A stretch of 64,000 nt of DNA, taken from Longimicrobiales bacterium (lineage in GTDB: Bacteria > Gemmatimonadota > Gemmatimonadetes > Longimicrobiales > Gaopeijiaceae). Shown piece after piece: positions 1 through 9,670 of this stretch. Position 1 is the stretch's first letter, and every line of letters starts with the position of its first letter. The stretch is from positions 1,664,001 through 1,728,000 of the forward strand of contig CBDBCF010000001.1 of assembly GCA_965202985.1 (NCBI GenBank), written 5' to 3'. The notes under the pieces were generated by a model, which saw nothing but the letters and a program-made list of their open reading frames with translations, ran no database searches and was not told the DNA's origin. A program made the position numbers and the translations under genes.

Positions 1-221
1 ATGTGATTCTCGTGCGTGACGGGCAAGTTCGTGAAGTCGTCAGGCAGATCGCCGATCTCCAGCCCGAGCCGCCCCACGGCGCGGAGAAGAGCCGGTTCCC
101 CGTGAGACGCGACGCCCGCCAAGATGTGGCGCGGCTCCACGGCCTGGGCACCGTCCCTGGCGGCCGCGGCGGCAGCCCGGTTCAGTGCGTGCACTGCTTC
201 TTCAGCGAGTTGGATGCTCAT
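1..221 (-). CDS. Clp N-terminal (Clp_N) domain-containing protein, runs off window start
   Basis: Manual translation from ATG at 221: MSIQLAEEAVHALNRAAAAAARDGAQAVEPRHILAGV, a Clp_N-like pattern; ATGA overlap with the stop of the upstream gene. Confidence 0.6.
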   Translation of the reverse strand, partial: MSIQLAEEAVHALNRAAAAAARDGAQAVEPRHILAGVASHGEPALLRAVGRLGLEIGDLPDDFTNLPVTHENH

Positions 222-922
222 GGTTCCGTAACGTAGAGAAGTGCCGTCGCGCCGGCGACGCCAGCGCCCGCGGATCCGGCGGAGGCCGCGGCTGCAGCGG
301 CGTGCACTGCGCCGCGGACGGCTCGGCCCACCGGATCGTGCCGGACAAGCTGCTTGATGTGGGCGCGCCGGCGCCAGATCGGCTTCCACCCGAACACGGG
401 GCGAAGGAGGCCGACGGCGTCCGCCAGGGCCAGCAGCGCGGTCGTCCGCGGATCGAGTCCGGGGTCGGCGTCCGAGCCGAAGATCGCCGTGTGCAATCGT
501 TCGACGGCTTCGCGCCTGGGGCGCCGGTCCATCTGCAAGTAGAGTCGGCGCGGGAAGACCCAGAGAACCCGCGTTTCCTTTGCGCGAAGAACGCCCCGGC
601 TGCGGAGGGGCTCGGCTACTTGGTGCGTCAGCTTCTTGGTCCGGGCAAAGGCAGCGACCCACGCCGCCGGCGCGCGCAACCGCTTGGCGTCGCGGACGAG
701 GGAGCGGCATTCGTCCAGCAGGGATCCGCCGTCGGCGGCGTCCTCGACCATAATCACGCGCTCCTTTCGCCCCGCGCCCTTGATGCCAACCTCCCCGCGC
801 AGCAGCAACTCGCCCAGGACGGCTCCGCCAAGGGCGTAGTTGGTGTGGAAGCCTCGGAGCGCTCCGGTGGAATGCAACGCCACCAACAGGACTTCCTCGG
901 GAAGGCTGGGCCGGCGCTTCAC
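218..922 (-). CDS. GPP34/GOLPH3/Vps74 family protein
   Basis: N-terminal LPEEVLLVAL...ALGGAVLGELLLRG and C-terminal DPRTTALLAL patterns. Confidence 0.8.
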   Translation of the reverse strand: MKRRPSLPEEVLLVALHSTGALRGFHTNYALGGAVLGELLLRGEVGIKGAGRKERVIMVEDAADGGSLLDECRSLVRDAKRLRAPAAWVAAFARTKKLTHQVAEPLRSRGVLRAKETRVLWVFPRRLYLQMDRRPRREAVERLHTAIFGSDADPGLDPRTTALLALADAVGLLRPVFGWKPIWRRRAHIKQLVRHDPVGRAVRGAVHAAAAAASAGSAGAGVAGATALLYVTEP

Positions 923-923
923 C

Positions 924-1712
924 TCACGCGCTCTTGGGCACGGGAACGGTGTAGTTGAGGGCCAAGCGTCCGCCGTCGGGGTAGACGGTCTGGCCCGTCA
1001 CGTACGAGGCGTAGTCGCTGGCCAGAAAGACGGCCACGCGGGCCACCTCGGCGGGTTCGGCGATGCGGCCCAGCGGCGTGCGCGACAGGACCGTCCGACG
1101 GGCGTCGTCGTCGTCCGCAACCGCGTCCAGCATGGCGGTGGCGACGCTTCCGGGGCCGATCGCGTTTACGCGCACGCCGTGCGGCGCCAGCGCCACGGCC
1201 ATCGCCTTGGTGAGCTGCGCGACGCCGCCCTTGGAGACGGCGTACGCAAGCTGGTCCGGAATCGCCACGACGGCGTTGGTGGAGGACATGTTCACGATCG
1301 CGCCCCCGTCGCCGCGGTCCACCATGTGGCGCGCCGCCAGCCGGCCCATCAGGAAGGCGCCCCGCAGGTTGACCGCCAGCACCCGGTCGAAGTCCTCGGG
1401 CGATGCGTCCAAGATGGAGCCCGGAACGATCACGCCCGCGTTGTTGACCAGAACGTTGCAGCGTCCGAACCGCTCCAGGCAGGCGTTCAGAACGGCGGCA
1501 CAGTCCTCTTCCCGGCTCGCGTCGGCTCGAACGGCCAGCGTGGCGGCGCCGGTTGCGGACGCGACGGACTCGGCGGTCTCGGCCACGCCGCGCTCCCGAA
1601 CATCGGCCAGCACCACGTCGGCTCCATGCTCAGCGAAGGCCTGCGCGCACGCTGCGCCGATGCCCCTGGCCGCCCCCGTCACGATTGCGGCCCTGCCCTC
1701 GAACGAGATCAT
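924..1712 (-). CDS. SDR family NAD(P)-dependent oxidoreductase
   Basis: TGAARGIG, NNAG, YAVSK, DGG motifs; start taken at MISFEG. Confidence 0.9.
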   Translation of the reverse strand: MISFEGRAAIVTGAARGIGAACAQAFAEHGADVVLADVRERGVAETAESVASATGAATLAVRADASREEDCAAVLNACLERFGRCNVLVNNAGVIVPGSILDASPEDFDRVLAVNLRGAFLMGRLAARHMVDRGDGGAIVNMSSTNAVVAIPDQLAYAVSKGGVAQLTKAMAVALAPHGVRVNAIGPGSVATAMLDAVADDDDARRTVLSRTPLGRIAEPAEVARVAVFLASDYASYVTGQTVYPDGGRLALNYTVPVPKSA

Positions 1713-1783
1713 TTCACCGGACAATATAAGCCGGCGCAACGTCGCCGGGATTCCGCCCCCGCCTGCCCCGGAGCGCAATCAGA

Positions 1784-3121
1784 GTGAAGAAGTCCACGGC
1801 CCGGTTCCTGGGCCCGTCCGTTGCGGGCATGCTGGTCTTTCTGGTTCCGATCCCCACGGCGGACGGCATCGACATCGGGATCGGGATCGTCACCGGGCTG
1901 GTCCGCGAGCTCGCGGGCGACGCCTTGCCCGCCGTCGTGACCGCGGTCGTGTGCGCGTCGGCGGCGACCTCGCTGTACGGGCTGCTCGCTCGTCCCCGAT
2001 GGCGGCGCGAACCGGGGGACTTGGCTCGGGCCTTCGCGGCCTCGCCCGTCGGCGCCGCGGTGCGGGTCGTCGGTGCCGCAGTCGCCTGCATGGTCCTCTT
2101 CGACGCGGGTCCAAACTGGATCACGTCGGGCGAGACCGGCGGCGTGATCCTGCGCGACCTGGCGACCGTGATCTTCGCCGTCTTTCTGTTCGCTTCCGTG
2201 CTGCTGCCGCTGCTGACCGAGTTCGGCCTCATGGAGTTCGTCGGGACCCTGGTGCAGCGGGCGTTCCGACCGCTCCTGACGCTGCCGGGGACCGCCGCCG
2301 TGGACTGCGCGGCGTCCTGGTTCGGTTCGTCCACGGTGGGCGTGGTCATCACCGCCAAGCAGTACGACGCGGGCCGCTACACGCAGCGAGAGGCCGCCGT
2401 CATCGCGCTCAACTTCTCGGTCGTGTCGGTGGCCTTCGCCAAGGTGATCGTCGACTTCGCGGGCCTGAGCGCGCACTTCTTCGCCTTCTACGGCGCGTTG
2501 CTCGTCAGCGGCGCGGCGGCGGCGATCGTCACGCCCCGCCTGCCTCCGCTGTCGCGCAAGCAGGACCGCTACGCGACCGCCGACGCCCACGCGCACCAAG
2601 ACGATCCGGCGGACCGCACCGGCAGCGGCCCGTTCTCTCTGGGCCTGCAACGGGCGCGCGCCCGGGCCGCGCAGTCGCTCTCGTGGACGGCGCTGCTGCG
2701 CGCCGGGGCCGCCACGACCTTCGACATCTGGTTCGGGCTGCTCCCGCTGGTCGTGACGGTCGGCACGCTGTCCCTTGCGGCGGCCACGCACACGCCGGTG
2801 TTCGACTGGCTGTCCTATCCGCTCGTCTTCCTGGCCGAACTCCTGGGCCTGCCCGAAGCCCGGGCCGCCGCGCCGGCGCTTCTCGTCGGTTTCGCCGACC
2901 AGTTCCTGCCGGTAGTGCTGGCGCAGGGCATCGACAGCGAATTGACCCGGTTCGTCGTCGCCTGCGCGTCGGCCACGCAGCTGGTGTACATGTCGGAGGT
3001 GGGCGCGTTCCTGATCCGCTCGAACCTGCCGGTCGGCTTCCGCGATCTGCTTGCCGTCTTCCTCCTGCGGACAGCGATCACGGTTCCGATCTGCGCCCTG
3101 GTGGGACACTGGGTGTTCTGA
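1784..3121 (+). CDS. YjiH family membrane transporter (nucleoside-recognition Gate domains)
   Basis: Polytopic protein with LTEFGLMEFVG, PGTAAVD..ASWFGS, YTQREAAVIA, GFADQFLP, YMSEVG motifs. Confidence 0.85.
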   Translation: MKKSTARFLGPSVAGMLVFLVPIPTADGIDIGIGIVTGLVRELAGDALPAVVTAVVCASAATSLYGLLARPRWRREPGDLARAFAASPVGAAVRVVGAAVACMVLFDAGPNWITSGETGGVILRDLATVIFAVFLFASVLLPLLTEFGLMEFVGTLVQRAFRPLLTLPGTAAVDCAASWFGSSTVGVVITAKQYDAGRYTQREAAVIALNFSVVSVAFAKVIVDFAGLSAHFFAFYGALLVSGAAAAIVTPRLPPLSRKQDRYATADAHAHQDDPADRTGSGPFSLGLQRARARAAQSLSWTALLRAGAATTFDIWFGLLPLVVTVGTLSLAAATHTPVFDWLSYPLVFLAELLGLPEARAAAPALLVGFADQFLPVVLAQGIDSELTRFVVACASATQLVYMSEVGAFLIRSNLPVGFRDLLAVFLLRTAITVPICALVGHWVF

Positions 3122-3153
3122 TCCCCCACGAGAACTCGCGCTGCGGGCCGTCG

Positions 3154-3639
3154 TCAGCCGTACGGCATGACCGGCGTCTTGCCCAAGAGGCGCGCGTACA
3201 CGGAGAGGGCGCCCCGGTGGTGGGCCGTGTGGTCCACGATCGCGGTCACGACGGCGGCCCGAGGCGCCCCGCCCATGATCCTGCGGTCGGGGATCGGCTC
3301 GCCCAGGGCACCGGCGGGCGCGGACTGGACGGCCTCCGCGGCGGCGCCGAACGCGCGCTCCAACCAAGCCGACGCCTCGGCAAGCGACGCCACTGCCCGA
3401 ACCTTGCTTTCCATGGTCGCGAAGTCCATGTCCCACCCTTTGCCGAAGGCCCCCTCCACGAACCAGTCGACGGAATCCGCCACATGGGCAACGTGGCCCG
3501 CCACCGTGAAGAGCTGCGGGTTGGGCGCGAACCCCGAGTCCTCTTCTCCGAACACGGAGAGCGTCTTCCGCAGGTACCCCAGGGACGTCTCGAGCTCCTT
3601 GACCAATGTCTTCGCGGGCGTTGCGTTCGTCGTCGTCAT
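3154..3639 (-). CDS. DinB family protein
   Basis: HVAHV and DHTAHHRG metal-binding His pattern; start taken at MTTTNA. Confidence 0.85.
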   Translation of the reverse strand: MTTTNATPAKTLVKELETSLGYLRKTLSVFGEEDSGFAPNPQLFTVAGHVAHVADSVDWFVEGAFGKGWDMDFATMESKVRAVASLAEASAWLERAFGAAAEAVQSAPAGALGEPIPDRRIMGGAPRAAVVTAIVDHTAHHRGALSVYARLLGKTPVMPYG

Positions 3640-3784
3640 GACTTCGGTCCTTTCGCAGGCGTGGCGGCTGCTTGCTGTTTGCGTCGCGACAGTCCACATT
3701 ATACGGTTCCAGCATATGGGCGCACACCGGGCGGCGCCCTCCCGGCAGCTGTCCCCGACGCCAAGGAGCCCTGCGTTGATCTCG

Positions 3785-4873
3785 ATGGAACGACTGAACC
3801 CGTGCGCCGACGGTCCCTTCCAGGCCGTCTTGCGGATCGAGCCTTCGGCGCGCTTCGACCTCATCGACGTGCGCGGCCGCGTGGAGCGCGAGTTCGGGAA
3901 GCTGTTCAGCCGGTTTCCCAAGGCCCTGTACGTGTCCGACCACACCACCGCCGGCTACTTGGACCAGCGCTTGGCGGAGCGTCTGAAGCACGACGGCCAG
4001 AACGTCCACAAGTTCCTGCAGCTCTTCCGCGAACTCTTCCCTCCCGGCGCCGGCTACGTTCACGACGAGCTTCACCTGCGCACGGAGCTTTCCGACGAGC
4101 AGCGCGCAAGCGAACCCAAGAACGCGGACTCCCACCTGACGTTCATGGGGGCGGGCCTGAAGAACTGCGTGTCGTACGAGCAGCGGGGCGACCTGCCCGT
4201 CTGGTTCGTGGAGCTGGACGGAGTGCACGACGCGGGCACCCGTTGTCGGCGGACGACGGTCGTGGGATACGGGGGCGAAGAGGAGGTCGCGCGGCTTACC
4301 GTAGAGGTCGAGGCGTCGCCCCACGCCATCGACGCGCGCAACCTGCGGGACCGCGAGTTCGGGTTCATGGACCGCCTGCGAGCGCTGGCCCGCGAGCACG
4401 ACGTGTCCTTCGGGCGGCTGGACGTGTCGCTTCCGCCCGAGGAAAGGCATGCCGGCCTGACGGTCAACGAGTACGAGACGCTGCTCATGACCCACGATCT
4501 GCGCGACGTGTTGGCCGACCCGTTGCGGTTCATGGCGGAGAGGGGCAAGAACGCGCTCCTCGACCCCAAAGCGATTCCCGCGAAGACGCTCAACTACGCC
4601 CAGTTCGACGCCGTCCTGATCCTGAACAAGCTCCTGGACCGCATGGGCGTGCGCCGCTCCGTCGTGGAGCGGATCGTGAATCGGGCCCTGGCGCTGCCCG
4701 TGTCGCACTTCCTGCGCATGAAGCGGCGGTTCAGCTTGCCCGTGCTGGACGCCCGTGGCGACGGAAACGGCATGATCCCCCGCGGCGCCTACCAGAGTCC
4801 GATCCTGGTCCAGTGGAGGGGCGCCGAGCGGCCCACGCGGGCCTTGGACGTGCGGCTGTACCGGTTTGTCTGA
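3785..4873 (+). CDS. Protein with two tandem YjbQ/UPF0047-like modules
   Basis: HTTAG...YVHD...NADSHL...ELDG..RR, then a second HAGLTVNE...GAYQSPILVQWRG module. Confidence 0.6.
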   Translation: MERLNPCADGPFQAVLRIEPSARFDLIDVRGRVEREFGKLFSRFPKALYVSDHTTAGYLDQRLAERLKHDGQNVHKFLQLFRELFPPGAGYVHDELHLRTELSDEQRASEPKNADSHLTFMGAGLKNCVSYEQRGDLPVWFVELDGVHDAGTRCRRTTVVGYGGEEEVARLTVEVEASPHAIDARNLRDREFGFMDRLRALAREHDVSFGRLDVSLPPEERHAGLTVNEYETLLMTHDLRDVLADPLRFMAERGKNALLDPKAIPAKTLNYAQFDAVLILNKLLDRMGVRRSVVERIVNRALALPVSHFLRMKRRFSLPVLDARGDGNGMIPRGAYQSPILVQWRGAERPTRALDVRLYRFV

Positions 4874-4882
4874 CGGCCCCTT

Positions 4883-5659
4883 TTAGATCAGCGATCTGCC
4901 CTGGGCGCCGTCCACGGCAATGCAGGCGCCCGTGATCAAGCTGGCTCGCTCGGACGCCAGGAACGCGACCACGTCTCCCACCTCTTCCGCCCGCCCGAAG
5001 CGGCCTAGGGGAAGGTTCGCGTCCACGAACTTCCTCATGCCGTCGGGGTCGGCCTTGACGCGCTTGTCCCAGCTCCCGCCCTCGAAGCGGATCGACCCCG
5101 GCGCCACGCAGTTCACGCGAATGCCTTCGGGGGCCAGCTCGAGCGCCATGATGCCGGCGGCGGAGATCAGCGCGGACTTCGTCGTGTTGTAGATCGACAG
5201 CCCCGGGCCTCCCTTCTCTCTGCCGAACACCGAAGACACGAAGACGATTGAGCCGCCGCCCTGCTTCCGCATCCACGGAATGGCGCAGCGGCTGGCGCGG
5301 AACGCCGACAGCACGTTGAGTTGAATCACGTCCAGCCAGTCCTGGTCCGTGGACTCGGCGAAGTTCCCCCGGCGGTTGCCCCCCACGTTGTTCACCAGGA
5401 TGTCCACGGCCCCGTAGCGATCGGCAGCCGCCTCCAAGAACGTCCCGGCGCCGTCCTCCTGGGCCACGTCCGTTGCGACCGGCAGCACCTCGGCGCCGCC
5501 GGCGCGCAGCTTCACGGCGGCCGCCTCGAGAGCGTTGCGGTTGCGGGCGCAAATCGCCACACTGGCCCCCTCGGCCGCCAAGGACCGAGCGATGGCGAAG
5601 CCCAGCCCCTGGCTTGCGCCCGTCACGGCGGCGACTTTGCCGGCCAGTCCCAGGTCCAC
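4883..5659 (-). CDS. SDR family oxidoreductase (3-oxoacyl-ACP reductase-like)
   Basis: TGASQGLG, NNVG, YNTTK motifs. Confidence 0.9.
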   Translation of the reverse strand: MDLGLAGKVAAVTGASQGLGFAIARSLAAEGASVAICARNRNALEAAAVKLRAGGAEVLPVATDVAQEDGAGTFLEAAADRYGAVDILVNNVGGNRRGNFAESTDQDWLDVIQLNVLSAFRASRCAIPWMRKQGGGSIVFVSSVFGREKGGPGLSIYNTTKSALISAAGIMALELAPEGIRVNCVAPGSIRFEGGSWDKRVKADPDGMRKFVDANLPLGRFGRAEEVGDVVAFLASERASLITGACIAVDGAQGRSLI

Positions 5660-5716
5660 GGTCCGCCTCCTACCTTCCCGGCCGTGCGGTGCGGACGCGG
5701 CCTTGCCCTGTGCCGA

Positions 5717-8700
5717 TCACGGCTCGCCGTCCGTCACGGCGGCGCGCAACAGGCGCTCCAGGGTGCGGATGTGCTCCTGCAACGCCGTGTTCAACTGGTC
5801 GTAGCGGCGAACGGCGTCACCGCCCGGTTCCTGGTCGGCCCGGGTCAGGTTCCCGTACAGGTACTGCAGCTGGTCGACCAACATGGGGCGCGAATAGCGG
5901 ATCGGCGCCGTCACCAGCTCGTGCCGGACGGCTTCGATCTCGGCGGCCAAGCTGCCCCCTCCGCGGCGCCGCGCCTCCTCGATCCGCTCCGCCGCCAGTC
6001 GGGCCTCGCTCAGCGCGTTGCGCACCTGCAGCGCCAGCGCCGTTTGGCGCTCCACTTCGTCCTCGCCGACCCCTTCGCTCGCGACCCGCGGGTCCATCCG
6101 CACCTGGAAGGTCCGAGAGGCGCTCCAGTCGCCCGCCGACAAGCGGGCCACGTAGGCGCCCGGCGGCACCATTGGACCGCCGCGGCCGGCGCGAGCGGGG
6201 TTCGCGTGCCACGGCCCCGGATACGCCAAGTCCCACGTGAAGCGATGCGCGCCCGGTTCCGCGGGCAGCGCCGGCGTGCCGAACCGTTCCAGCCGCCACT
6301 CCCTCATGCCCGGCTCCGCGGGCGGCGCCTCGTACTCGCCCGCCGACTCGCTGGAGAAGGAGCGCACCAGCGTGCCGTCCGCGTCCAGGATCTCCAGCGT
6401 CGCCGCCCCTTCCAGACCCTGTGGCAGCACGTAGTCGATCTGGGCGCCCGGGTCGGGGTAGACTGGTTCGTGAGGCAGCGCGGGGCCGCCGAAGCTTCCC
6501 CGGTACCGCAAGCGGTATGCGTCGCGAACCGGGTACAAGTACGCAGTCTCCGTGCGGGGGCCCGCGACGGCGTCGGCTTCTCCGTCGTGCAGCGGCGTCA
6601 GGTTGTCCATGATCCAGAAGCCCCGGCCCATGGTCGACAACGCCAAGTCCCCTTGCACCACCTTGATGTCGGTGACCGGCGTGACCGGCAGGTTTCGCTG
6701 GAAGGGCTCCCACTGCGCACCGTCGTCGAACGAGATCCACATGCCGAACTCGGTGCCCAGGTACAGCAGCCCCTCCCGCGCCGGGTCCTCGCGCACGACC
6801 CGCACCGGGTGGTTCGCCGGGACGCCGTTCGCGCCCGTGGTGATGCGCGTCCAAGTGGCGCCGTAGTCGTCGGTCCTGAACGCGTAGGGGGCGAAGTCGC
6901 CCAGTTGGTAGCGCAGAATCGCCACGTAGGCCTTGGCCGGATCGTGGGCGGACGTCTCGATCGTCTGGACGCGACCGTAGGGGCCGATCCCAGGCGGCGT
7001 CACGTCGGTCCAGGTTCCGCCGCCGTCGCGCGTGACGTGCACCGGCCCGTCGTTGGCCCCTGCCCAGACGACGCCCGGCTCCAGCAGCGACTCCTGAATG
7101 TCGTAGAGGACGGAGAAGTGCTCCTCGCCGGTCACGTCCAAGGTGATAGGCGTTCCGGACACGACCTGGGTCTCGGGCGTGAACGCCGTCAGATCCGACG
7201 AGATCGTCTCCCAGTGCTCGCCGCCGTCGGTGCTGACGTGAACGTACTGGGACCCGTGGTAGACCTTGTCGGGGTCGTGAGGCGAGACGTGGACGGGCGC
7301 CACGCGCTGGAAGCGGAACTCCAAGTCCTTCGGGTTGTGGCCGTAAAGGTTGGCGAAGCCCACGTAGTACTGCTTCTCTTGTCCCGTCCGGCGATTGTAG
7401 AGCCCGAACCGGCCCTTGCAGTTGGCATACACGATGTCGGGGTCGCCGGGCTTGGGGACCACCGGGCCGGTCTCGCACCCGCCGTGAGCCTCCCAGGCGG
7501 ACTGATGGCCGCCGGGCTCGGAGCGCTCGGGCAGGCCGGGCACCGAGATCGTGCTGTTGTCCTGCTGGCCCGCGTAGAGCCGGTACGGGAAGTCGTCCGA
7601 CACGTCCACTTGGTAGAGTTCGGCGGTGGGCTGGTTCAACTGGGTGGACCAAGTGGCCCCGCCGTCGAGCGACACGTTGGCCCCGCCGTCGTTGGACTGG
7701 ATCATGACGTCCGGGTTGTCCGGGTTGATCCACATGTCGTGGTTGTCCCCATGGGGCACGCGCTGGGGCGCCCAGCTCCGGCCGCCGTCGGTGGACTTCC
7801 AGTGGCCCTCGGTCATGCCCCAGAGCACGTCCGGGTCGGTCGGATGCGCCTCCAGGTTGGTGTAGTAGAAGGCTCGGGTCCTGATGGGACCGAAATCCGT
7901 GACTTGCCGCCACGTGACTCCCCGGTCGTCGGAGCGGTAGACGCCGCCCGTGTCCGCCGGCGCCTCCATGAGCACGTACACGCGGTCCGGATCGGCGGCG
8001 CTCACCGCCAAGTCCGATTTGCCCCGAAGCCCTGCGGGAAGGCCGTCCGTGGCCTGCTGCCAACTGTCGCCGCCGTCGTCGGAGCGGTAGACGCCGCCCT
8101 CCAAGCCGCCCGAGATGATCGTCCACGGCTTGCGCTCGCCTCGCCACATCGAAGCGTAGATCGTGGCGGGGTCGTCCGGGGCGAACTCCAGGTCCACGGC
8201 CCCGGTGCTGTCGGACACGAACAGGATGTTGTCCCAGGTGACGCCACCGTCCCGACTGCGGTAGACGCCGCGCTGCGGGTTCGGAGCAAAGGGATTTCCT
8301 ATTGCGGCAATATACACTAGATTAGGATCTTCCGGGTGGATCAGGATCGCCCCCGTGTTGCCGGTCTCTTCCAGGCCCATGTGCGTCCAGGATGCGCCGC
8401 CGTCGGTGGACTTGTAGACGCCCGTGCCGATGATCACGTTGCTGCGGATGCCGTCGGAGCCGGTGGACACGTACACGATGTTCGGGTCGGACTCCGCGAT
8501 GCGGATGGCCCCGATCGAACCGGTGCCCAGGTAGCCGTCGGACACGTTCCGCCAGACGTGGCCGTAGTCCTCCGTCTTCCAGACGCCGCCGCCCGTGGCC
8601 CCCATGTAGAAGGTAGACGGCAGGCTGCGGTGACCTGCTACGGCCGTGACGCGCCCGCCCCGCGAAGGACCGACGTAGCGGTACTCCAGGGCGCCGAAGA

Positions 8701-8845
8701 CGGCGGGCGAGCCGGCGGGGCTGTTCTGCGGACGCGAGTCCTGGGGAGCGGCGAGTACGGGACTGGAAGCCCAGGCGATAGCGGCGACGGCCACGAGGCC
8801 GCCGACCAAGGAAGTGGGGCGAACCAGACGGGCGAACCTGCTCAT
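5717..8845 (-). CDS. Secreted BNR/Asp-box (VPS10/sortilin-like) glycosyl hydrolase-like beta-propeller protein
   Basis: Signal peptide, GPSRGGRVTAV, many S.DGG.(T/S)W Asp-boxes, C-terminal coiled coil. Confidence 0.85.
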   Translation of the reverse strand: MSRFARLVRPTSLVGGLVAVAAIAWASSPVLAAPQDSRPQNSPAGSPAVFGALEYRYVGPSRGGRVTAVAGHRSLPSTFYMGATGGGVWKTEDYGHVWRNVSDGYLGTGSIGAIRIAESDPNIVYVSTGSDGIRSNVIIGTGVYKSTDGGASWTHMGLEETGNTGAILIHPEDPNLVYIAAIGNPFAPNPQRGVYRSRDGGVTWDNILFVSDSTGAVDLEFAPDDPATIYASMWRGERKPWTIISGGLEGGVYRSDDGGDSWQQATDGLPAGLRGKSDLAVSAADPDRVYVLMEAPADTGGVYRSDDRGVTWRQVTDFGPIRTRAFYYTNLEAHPTDPDVLWGMTEGHWKSTDGGRSWAPQRVPHGDNHDMWINPDNPDVMIQSNDGGANVSLDGGATWSTQLNQPTAELYQVDVSDDFPYRLYAGQQDNSTISVPGLPERSEPGGHQSAWEAHGGCETGPVVPKPGDPDIVYANCKGRFGLYNRRTGQEKQYYVGFANLYGHNPKDLEFRFQRVAPVHVSPHDPDKVYHGSQYVHVSTDGGEHWETISSDLTAFTPETQVVSGTPITLDVTGEEHFSVLYDIQESLLEPGVVWAGANDGPVHVTRDGGGTWTDVTPPGIGPYGRVQTIETSAHDPAKAYVAILRYQLGDFAPYAFRTDDYGATWTRITTGANGVPANHPVRVVREDPAREGLLYLGTEFGMWISFDDGAQWEPFQRNLPVTPVTDIKVVQGDLALSTMGRGFWIMDNLTPLHDGEADAVAGPRTETAYLYPVRDAYRLRYRGSFGGPALPHEPVYPDPGAQIDYVLPQGLEGAATLEILDADGTLVRSFSSESAGEYEAPPAEPGMREWRLERFGTPALPAEPGAHRFTWDLAYPGPWHANPARAGRGGPMVPPGAYVARLSAGDWSASRTFQVRMDPRVASEGVGEDEVERQTALALQVRNALSEARLAAERIEEARRRGGGSLAAEIEAVRHELVTAPIRYSRPMLVDQLQYLYGNLTRADQEPGGDAVRRYDQLNTALQEHIRTLERLLRAAVTDGEP

Positions 8846-9066
8846 GCGATGCCTTTGCGGTGGGTGACGAACGGAGACGCGAAGATCGTGGACCGCTGAA
8901 CGATACAGCCGCAGCACGACCGGGAACAGGAAGGACGACCCGGGAAGCTCCCGCGGCTGCCTTGGCCGCTGGTTGCCAACGGAAGCCGCTAGCGTATCTT
9001 TGGTGCGCGGGGCGGGCCGCGCCGTGGAATCGCACACTATCAATTCACCGTCAGAAAGGAGTCGCA

Positions 9067-9591
9067 ATGGGCAGAATCCAGAGCTTCATCGTGGCGAGCG
9101 TCCGCACGGGCGTCGCCGCCATCATCGCCGAGGAAGTCGGCGTACTCAGGGCCGAGATGGAGAAGATGAGGGCCGAGATGGAGAGGCAGCGGGCCGAGAT
9201 GGAGAGGCAGCGGGCCGAGATTGAAAAGCAGATCCGAGAACTCAGGGCCGACATGAACCGGTTGTTTGCCGAAGCCATGGCGCACACGGACCGGAAGTTC
9301 GAAGAGGCCAAGGCCCACGCGGACCAGCGGTTCGACGAAGCCAAGGCCTATACGAGGGAGCTGATCGAGCGGGCCGGGGTCGCGAACGATGCCGCCCACG
9401 CCGCCATCGGCCAGCGCATCGACGACCTCCGGAAATCGCATGCCGCGTTGGCCGACGAAGTTCGGGCCGTTCGGACCGATCTCGGCGGCCGAATCGAGAA
9501 GGTGGAGGAACGCGTGCATCAGGTCGGCGAGCGCTTCTCGGGCGTAGCCGAAAGGCTGGCCCGCATCGAGGCCGGCCAAGCCGCGAGCTGA
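9067..9591 (+). CDS. Repetitive coiled-coil protein, function unknown
   Basis: AAAGGAG RBS before ATG 9067; heptad (RAEMERQ) and 11-aa (EEAKAHADQRF) repeats. Confidence 0.75.
   Translation: MGRIQSFIVASVRTGVAAIIAEEVGVLRAEMEKMRAEMERQRAEMERQRAEIEKQIRELRADMNRLFAEAMAHTDRKFEEAKAHADQRFDEAKAYTRELIERAGVANDAAHAAIGQRIDDLRKSHAALADEVRAVRTDLGGRIEKVEERVHQVGERFSGVAERLARIEAGQAAS
9148..9231 (+). repeat. In-frame 21-bp tandem repeat, about 4 copies
   Basis: (A/C)GGGCCGAGATGGAGA(A/G)G(A/C)(T/A)G units. Confidence 0.85.
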
Positions 9592-9670
9592 ATAGGCGGG
9601 GAGCCGCGCACCGCCCGCCAGGGCGCGGCTCCCCCGAACGTTGCGCAAGCACTCTCTTGGAGATCCGCCG

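Noticed and set aside
1063..8320. Very long alternative-frame ORFs (e.g. 1063-4935, 1709-4708, 5321-8320, and 37224-40763 further on)
   Set aside because: Arg/Gly/Pro-rich shadow frames of real genes, expected at high GC
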